NCBI GenBank assembly: GCA_040954595.2
Contig: CM082583.2
Coordinates: 6,074,849-6,138,848 of the forward strand
Direction: 5' to 3'
DNA length: 64,000 bases
Source of the DNA: Balanoglossus misakiensis
Taxonomy: Eukaryota > Animalia > Hemichordata
The notes under the pieces were generated by a model. The model was given only the letters and a program-made list of their open reading frames with translations. It made no database searches and was not told where the DNA came from. Position numbers and translations under genes: made by a program. Shown piece by piece: positions 55,351-64,000 of this stretch (position 1 is the stretch's first letter; each line of letters begins with the position of its first letter).

Positions 55351-58300
55351 CCTTGAGTTCGGCCAGGACTTTTGTGGACTCAATAACGCCTCGACCAAGC
55401 AGGGTTAAAACACATTAGTGAACATTTTCTTTTGTGCGACTTTTTGATTTTAGAAGGCTAGTTGTTCAATTGCATATTCTGTTGTTGAACCACACTCTCC
55501 ATTGTGTGCTCCCGTTTTTTTCTACCGTAACAGTATCATGGACGTACACACACTTCTACTTTACCGCAGCAGATTGTCTCCTCGGTTGGGGAGTACGTGA
55601 TGATGTATGTCTACTGGTGCAGTTAATACAATTTGGAATTTGACTCCTTTGCTCTAATGAAATATCTCATACCCTGTGTACTTCTTAAGCCTTTTCATCA
55701 TGATACATTTGCAACTGTACGGTCCTATTGAATTTACAATAACCTTAATTGGCGAGAGTGATTCTCCACGATTTATTCTAAGGGGTACTGTACGTACATG
55801 GGACACGGTCATCCTTTGCCCCGTATTCGATATCAACATCTATCCATCCATACGCATCTATCTATCCATCCACCCACCCAATGATCAAATGATCCATCCG
55901 CCCGCCCACATGTATATTCATGCATCGAAATAACTCAAATATATAAGATACAGGCTGACAGTCCTGCGGTTATGTTTTGAGTATATGTATAGTCTTGCAC
56001 TGATTACAATGATAAATGCACGAATCCGAATCTGTATACATTGAATGAGTGCTTTACATTCGCTGTTCAGCTCGCTCCCGGTACATACATTCGCACAATA
56101 CAGTCACATAAAGACTTCGCTGGCAAATTCAGTGGTTTGACAAGTTGTTTTTTCGACCTCTTAAGGTGTGATGTTAGATGCCAATCAATATCTGCATGTA
56201 TTGAACATTTAAATTCATTACGGGGGCCCTCTGCCCAAGTCTTAATACGCCGCGGCAGTTGCCGTATAATTTAATATGCCCTTTTGTCGGAATGATTCGT
56301 GAGAACGTTGCATCACTATAAACGGAAATATTGGCATTCGAGCTGCGGTTTTATGGCTCGTATCATTGAACCGGAAGCAATATCATCAATCAAGACTTAA
56401 AGTTTAGTATGGTCTTGGAAGACAGACCGCTTTGCAGACTTATTACGTTTCATGGGATGTGTAAGCACAGTATAAACTACATGTATAAATGTCCAAGTCT
56501 GCTCCTCTCTCGGATTTTGTCGTAAACTTTATGACGGGCCGTAGCTCACGGGGGAAACAGTCGTGCCCGTATGATCTGCTAATCAATAATAAAACACATG
56601 GAAGATAATGAAATGATCACCGTGGGTGCGAATATCCCATTTCTTTCTTTCTGTTTTTAGAAATATGAGAACTTCCAGTTTCAGGGTTATTATTCTGGCA
56701 GAATGACAATTAACTTCTTTCATGTTACGATATTACTTTGACAGGATTGTGATTTTTTTTTGCGCCAATTTTATTTCTACTATGTGTAATTAGTATAGGC
56801 TGATGAATACATTGAAGGAAACACCCGCGACAGCGAGAACGTCGTATTTCTTGGGAAATTAGTACACCATTAAATTCCTTTCTATGACACAGAAACAGGT
56901 GGTATAAGTGTATACTTGAAATAGCGAGCCTTGAAATAGGGGCATTATGACGCACGATGTGAGTAGAAATCTACGAAGAAAGTGAATTGATGAACTCTAT
57001 GGAGAAAGTGAGTTTTTGGTACAGACTTTGAAATCTTTCATCTGATGTTTAATCTAGTCTGCCTACAATCAGAACGCATGGTTGCTGCTGTGTATACAGT
57101 TGACCCGTGTTTAAGCAAGATGTTCCAACTAATCATACATGGATGTAGAAAACATTTCGTACACAACAAATTCACCAAGAAAGGTCAAAAGGGAGAAGCT
57201 ACTAGTATATCCCTTTAATTCTGTCGGCAGAACTGGATATGAAGAATAATATTCTTGCATGTGGGGTAGAGATCGCCTTTACCCAAGATTAAAAGAGATA
57301 GAATTATATGTACATGTAATGCGAGATGGGTTTTTGCAGAGGGAAAGTAGGAACCGTGTCGCAGACTATTCGCATAAATAATTGATATAACGCGATATAT
57401 GTTATGGATAGCTGTAAGAATCCGGGTATTGTTGATAGGAATATTTCACCGACTTCCTGAAGAATGAACGAAAAGGAAACCATACAAGATCAAAAATCTG
57501 ATACCGATCTGACAGTTTCAGTTGCCTGCTCAACAACCCCTCCCCCAGAAGAAACTCTAATGAAATATGCAGAGGAAATAAAGTTTGTTGGTTCATCCCG
57601 TTGGCAGTGATTGATGCACATATCATTTTGCAGTTCATTGCATGAATAATTAAACGACATCTTCTTAACGTCTGGTCGGTTTGTTTTAAATCATGGACCG
57701 AAGCTTATGGGGTCACGATATTCAGTTTAGGTTTCGACACTTTCAGAGTTTCATTTTTGTTGTGAAAAAAAAGTTTCTCGCAGCTATTATCACTTTTCGT
57801 GAGAGAATATCTTCTTTGTCTGTTCATGCTTTGCCCCATACACATGAGGATATGTCTCACCTTGACATAATAATTCAAACATATGGTTTCACACACTTCC
57901 ATTGAAATGCGTTAATGACATCAACTGACAGGTATACACCAAACAATATAAATCTGTTTCCTTCTATCTCTTTGATGTCGAACTTAAATAACAATAGCGC
58001 CGGTGTGGATTTCCGTAGAAGAGAGTGACACAGTTATTTTCGATTTACGTGTCCCTTTTGACCTTAATCCGTATACATTACTTCACCGTACAACCGTGCA
58101 AAATGTGTACACAAAACCGCGGTTAAGTCAAGCTTTGTACGTTATGCACGGTGAATTGAACAGTTTCCAGTATACGACACATGACCGAGCCTCGTTCAAT
58201 GTTTGCACTTTAAAGGCGCATTATCGCGCGCAGGGAGAGGCGCGCACACGTGCAGTAAAGCGTAATGCTTTCAGTATACAACACTGGCATAAAGTTGACA

Positions 58301-61300
58301 AGAGATTACGCGTTTTACGTTCACGACTTTTGAATGGATCCCAGGGGGTGATTAGCTTGACGAGAACACGCCACAGTCATCGCTCCCCGTGGATTTCCAA
58401 AGCAACACAAATTAAATCACGCGCGACACAATTGCTGTGCCTCTCGCGGCAACGGCGTGTGACAGTCTTAGCAACGGCATTGAAATGACCGTTCTTCCGG
58501 GTTTTTTTTTTCGCTGACTTACTTTCCCACCTTCTCAGTTCAATCGCCATCGCCAGTCAACCTATTTCCCTTTCACGCGCGCCGGCAACACCTCATTACC
58601 ACGAACACTGGCAACAAAGATGAATGCTGGCAGTTTGTGTAATGTGTGACGTCGTGAATAAGTGACTTTCTCCATTCTAGTACGTGACGGCGGAATACTA
58701 TGCGAGCAGGGAATGGTGACCCGCTTTTTTCAACGGCGGAGATTTATCAACCTGTGAAATAACTGAACAAAACCATTTGAAAAGGCGTGTGTGGCACTGG
58801 TTTTAGTAAGTGGGTTGTGTGTACAGCGATAAAAAAACTGTGTATGCTAACTTTCATTGGTAAGAACATTACGGCGCTGGCTAAAAGGCGCCACATTTTG
58901 TACAACCGTCTGATGGAATTGGACGCGAAGGACACGCGTAATCATTAATTAATTTTATTTTTTTTCATCTGGAGAGATAGAATTCGCTGACACCCGAGAA
59001 TAAAAACATGGCATGTCTTCCCGTGAAGTATGATCAGGGATCAATCTCATTAGGGTGGCACATTATCTGATAACGTCAACTACATTTATCCACTCAACAT
59101 CAAATATGCATTCGATCAGATTTGGAGACATCTTTCTGAGTTATCTCCCAGGTGAAGTTACAGATAACCTATTTATGGCACTCGTCCGATGTAATCCATG
59201 CAATTCATTACCGACACGCAAATCAAGACCAATTTAACAACTTTAACAGAGATACACATTGCGAAGCGTGGTGGTTCCCTCCCACGTGGTGTTTCTATAC
59301 ATCGTTTTTTTCCGAACAACGTTAGTTTTTAAGAGGGAAAGTTTGCTGTAACGTTAACTTTTTCAAGTTTATCTTCAACGTTAACACGTTTAGAGTTTCT
59401 AACATCGTGTCCTGGTCATTTTTAAAGACACCAAGTTCGTGGTGTACCCAAAGGAATCGATTGTAATTTTACCACACTATAGGATTGCTATAGAAATTAT
59501 ATTATACTCTCTGTGTATCATGTCACGGCTGCCAAGATAGTGGCTTATATATGCGTAATGGTACTAGACAACGAGAGAAGCCCGAGATGATTTGAAAAGT
59601 AATTCTCAGACTTAAGTCGTGCCATAAATATCTTCTATGCTATATGTTAACTATGGCAATACTTCAAAGAATATTATCGGGCCAGTACACGTACATGTAT
59701 TGCTTTCAGATGCGACTACCGGTTTTGATGAGTCCCTATCCGTCTCGCAAAAAAACCTAAAAAGTAACTTCTTGGCAAATACGGTATATTCAAAAAAGTA
59801 ATAAAAAGCATGTTTGATTTATTGCAGCCGGCAGTTGAAAGATTTCATACCACTCATCTCCTGCTGCGTCGGCGTACCGCATTTGAGCAAACAAAGAAAA
59901 AAATAAGTCGCTGGGTGATCGTAAAAGTTTGCGGGAACCATCTTGATTCTCCGTGCTAATCCAGTCATTATTCCGCGCGTGGGCATTTTCTTTGGAACTC
60001 TCGGCTCTTTAGTATGTCACACTGAAAGTATAGGTCAATATTACACCTTTGATCTGAATACCGCAGGTCAGAGACGCACGCTGAGCTAACGAGAGCCAGT
60101 GAGGTACACATCGCTCTAGATATTCATAGGTCAGTTTCTGCATGGAGCTCTGGATATAACGGGTCACTGCGCTAAAGACGTGCTCTAGATACACTGAGTG
60201 AGATTAATGTACAAACCTTTTATTGCGGCTTATCCCTGGTAAAGTATCGGATGGGTAGGAAAAGACTCGTGTCATAGAGAATAAGTTTTACATTTACATG
60301 ACTTGTAATATGATACTATATGAGGATTGGAGTTTATAATATTTTCAATTTCGCTGATAGATTAAAACAGAAGTATTGAGTGTTGTCACAATTGAAAATA
60401 CCTATATCATCCATGAAGCAAATATCGCAAATAAAGGCCATTGATTATATTACGTGTTTTTTCACTAATATGAGTAACGTCATAATTTAAACCATGAACA
60501 CACTTGGTACTATACTACTAAGAACCCTTGGAAGTTGTTTACATTTCATTGTTCCACTTGATTAGTTTTGTATAAAAACTGCATTTCTAATATTAGCAAA
60601 TATGTCAAAACGTTTTCTTAGAATTCTGTTCATTTATACGATAATTCTTGATATTTTATCCAGTCACAAAATAGTCCAATTTGTGTTCTTGTAAGTTTTA
60701 AGACAAAAATATTCTGCCGAAGATGTTTATTGACCAGAATAACAGTCACAACACACGAGTACTATGTTGACTTGCCGAGGAAGCAGGGTATGTGTAAGAG
60801 ATGTGGCGGTAAACAGAAAACGTATGACTATATAATGAGTATAACACTGCAACTAGAAGAGGAAATTATTAAGTTCTCATATTGCAAGAGATGTTCTTTA
60901 ATGTGCCATCGACGACGAAACATATAGGTCTAGCATCATGGTGGGAACTGGTTCACCCGGGCGATTTATTTTTCAAAATGAAAGATCACGGAGATAGCGA
61001 ACACATGATATAGTTTGCGGTAATGACAGATGGTAATTAATCTCGTTGAAAATGACAAGAATCGCCGAGTATATGTTTTCGCCCAATATGATGTTATTGA
61101 AGAATGGCGTCGTACTTTGTATCGGCGCGCGCCTACACATGGCCTAAGCTCATCCCCTGCTACTAAAATATATTGCCGTGTCATCTTTCGCCAAAAACAT
61201 CGATCTTCGTTGAAGACATGCATATCGAGTATATTTATAAACACGTAGCTATCCCGGACATCGGTGGAATGTCCTTGGGAACGATTACTGTTGATGTTTG

Positions 61301-64000
61301 TCGGAGAAATTTCTTCCACTACCCCGGATGAAGGTGTAATTTAGGAAATAAGAATTTCGATCTCGGCGCTGCCAATACTTGAATAACTAAAATTTGACGC
61401 ACTGTGCCTTCCCCTTCCAGTCGCTGACCCTGTTTGGTGTCTTTTTATCAGCGGGCTTAACGAGTAAATAGCAAAAAAAAATGTATAGAATCCTTCACGC
61501 GTTCTCTGTTTATTGACCGTGTTTACATTGGGAAATCAATTTAGTTTAATTTCACACGCCATTTAACGGGGGCTTAGATATCCTCTTTACAAAGCTTGCA
61601 CTGTTGAATAGACACCTTTCTGAAAGAACAGAACAGCACATGTTGCAGCAAAATAATCCACGGTGGACACTGTTTGAAACATACCTATTCTTTGACACGA
61701 CCGAATGGGTGGTATTATAATACACAGCACGTTTTAACAAGGGCGTGGTTGGTGTTCATTTTATCGATCAACGCATGTCAAACCTAGAATACTTGCGTGG
61801 AGAATGGTAAAGACTGGGTGTTCCTTTCCACGGTTATTTGTGAATACAAAAACAAAATTGGTGATGAGTGAGCTACATGTATACTATGGTGATAGCAAAG
61901 GAAACCATTTCCCAATACACATTTAATACATCGGATATGTGTCAAATATTTGTTGTTGGGGATGAAGGGAACTCTATTACAGATGGAACTATATATGATG
62001 ATGATGGTCAGGAACAGCGCACTGTGGCCCGCTCCTGATGATTTTTCTCAGTCACGACCACCCAATGGCATAGTACACCATGATGTTCTCTGGACAGGGT
62101 GGAAGAAATCACACAAGAGGAAAGACAAGACCAGAGTAAGCTGGACTTCCGATTAATACTTGGTGGTCCGCTTTATTGCGCGTTCACGCATAACACTGTA
62201 ACTTTAACGCGTGCCACGAGGCGCATCACTCTCGAAAAGCCGCATGGTATCCGCTCGGACAAAATGGGACGCCCTGCGTCAAATTGCTTTCTCGAGGAGT
62301 GTAATTTGGTTGTTGAGCCTGAGTGCTCGGGATGGCCTTTCAGATTGGCCATTGAGAGTAAATGGAGTGTCAATTTTTACTGATAATGGGAGAGAACCCG
62401 ACGAAATTTTGCGTTGCACGTAGGTGTAAATTGAATGAAACTATAATCAAGCCCACGATGCAAGCCTGCTGCAATAATGCAATATCTAGATGGTGTATAG
62501 ATGGTGTATAGGTTCGCACGTGGAGTTCTTAGCTTTGTATTTCTACGCAACATTGTATAGTGTACTGTACATTATAATTGTTTATGCTCTAATTTCTCAA
62601 GATTTTGAGAATAGCGACTTCTCTCCCAACCCACAAACAATATTTCAAGAAAGTCAGTAGAAACAGTGCAGGCCTACATCATATGGGGAGCGAATAATTT
62701 CTTTTCCGTCACGACAAGGTCTTGGCAAATGAACAGGAAATTAAACGTTAGCAGCTGCAATAGAAAACAGTCAACACAGCGTTGTAATATTCTGTCGATC
62801 TAAAACAAAAGTAGGGTGGATGTATTTTATTTTTATTTGACCTTATTTAAAGAGCCTTAGGGTAGCCTGGTAAACTATAAAAATAGTTTGATACATTAAA
62901 CATTATGGTCAAGGTTATCCAAATAATGGCGCACCACATGAAGTTGGACACACGCGGAGCTGCTTTCAATAACACGCGTATGCCGAAAGTTTATTGTCAG
63001 TTTCGTCATCGGCAGCAGTTCAGTATAGTCATTCTTGACTGAACCGGCAAGATACGAAACTCGCAGTATGAACAATATCACAGCTGCGCATTTGGCTGGA
63101 CTTATTTACATATCGCAAAGCACGGGTTTAACGGCCCCGTAAAGTTCGCATGCGAGCCCGATTGCTTGGCGAACTCCGGTCAACCTGTACGTCAGTGCTC
63201 GCGTGTCAGAACTGATCAGGGCTCGAGTGGCACGAGAATTACTTGCGTCAGCCAACAAAACATTACGTCATCAGTAAGTTACAGCTCGTGTTGGATCCAA
63301 ATGGATTTCCGCGTGTTGCAGAAGCAAAAGAAGGTACTATGTAATTGGAAAGGGACCCTGTAATTATATAACCGAAAGAACGGAATATTTTCCGCTCATT
63401 ACGAGATCTCGCGAGACTTGGTTATTTATACAGTGTATATATTATATATATACATGTATATATCTGATCAGGCACACATTCCTTTCAAGCAGTTCTATGT
63501 AACTGTATGTTACCTTACACACCGTCGGCAACCCACGTCTGTACGCATGCGTTTATGCGAAGATGACGTCACACGTATTAAAGTAGCAATGTTGAAGAAA
63601 CAAAGATGGGCCCATCTCACGCGTGCATGGAAACGTTAAGTTTCGCTGCACGATTAAATGATATGATGAACGCAAAGTCTAGACATCTCACATATCACTT
63701 AGTTCGTTGCAACTCAATCCTCCGGTGAAAAAATCAATCACCGCGAATTGACAGATTGGAGAAGAAAATAAAAAGTGCCTCAGATAACGTCTGGTTTGGG
63801 GACGGGGTCAGCTGTGATTGACATTTTATTTGCGAAATTTTCTGAAAGAGATTTTCAGCGCAGGCTAGCCGTTTGACATTACATTAGATTCTCTCGGCTG
63901 ATGTCTTATTCCGGCAGAAACCCTCAAGGCAAAACTTAAGTATCGTTTTTCGTCGTTTACTCCACAAATAACACCTACGAAAATTACTTTGTGTTGGATT

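Larger units (their letters stand above)
54913..55532 (+). mobile_element. Solo LTR, 620 bp, 4-bp TSD (Gypsy-like)
   Basis: 7-bp terminal inverted repeat TGTTACG...CGTAACA. GTAT duplicated at 54909-54912 and 55533-55536. TATAAAA at 55108-55114. Internal tandem repeats. Confidence 0.85.

Noticed and set aside
58003-58488. 161-codon ORF, among the longest outside the GPCR
   Set aside because: GTG start, no recognisable motif, composition like random non-coding translation.
60730-60927. 65-aa ORF with two CKRC motifs (zinc-ribbon-like)
   Set aside because: Non-ATG start, short, no codon bias or splice support; likely chance.

Overview
Eukaryotic, AT-rich (roughly 40% GC by eye), gene-poor genomic DNA. 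The repeat types and the receptor point to a marine invertebrate, possibly a deuterostome such as a hemichordate (inference only). Only one protein-coding gene is well supported: a class A GPCR with an uninterrupted CDS (49503-50816, +) of the somatostatin/allatostatin-C receptor group. The rest is non-coding and carries transposon relics identifiable from structure: a near-perfect 427-bp foldback MITE with TA TSD (8912-9338), a TTAA-flanked MITE family with two copies (8518-8745 and 11250-11355), a decayed Penelope-like RT interrupted by a solo LTR with 5-bp TSD (35092-35350), a second solo LTR with 4-bp TSD (54913-55532), a probable Helitron/Helentron-type non-autonomous relic, and microsatellites. 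The most unusual structure is a ~460-bp double-hairpin element (5831-6289) whose middle is complementary to its own joined ends. The octamer TACATGTA is strongly over-represented, and RFX X-box and CRE motifs recur around the receptor. No prokaryotic operon, CRISPR array, rRNA or tRNA was seen, and the short ORFs in the track appear to be noise. I cannot demonstrate a new biological system; the findings are testable hypotheses.
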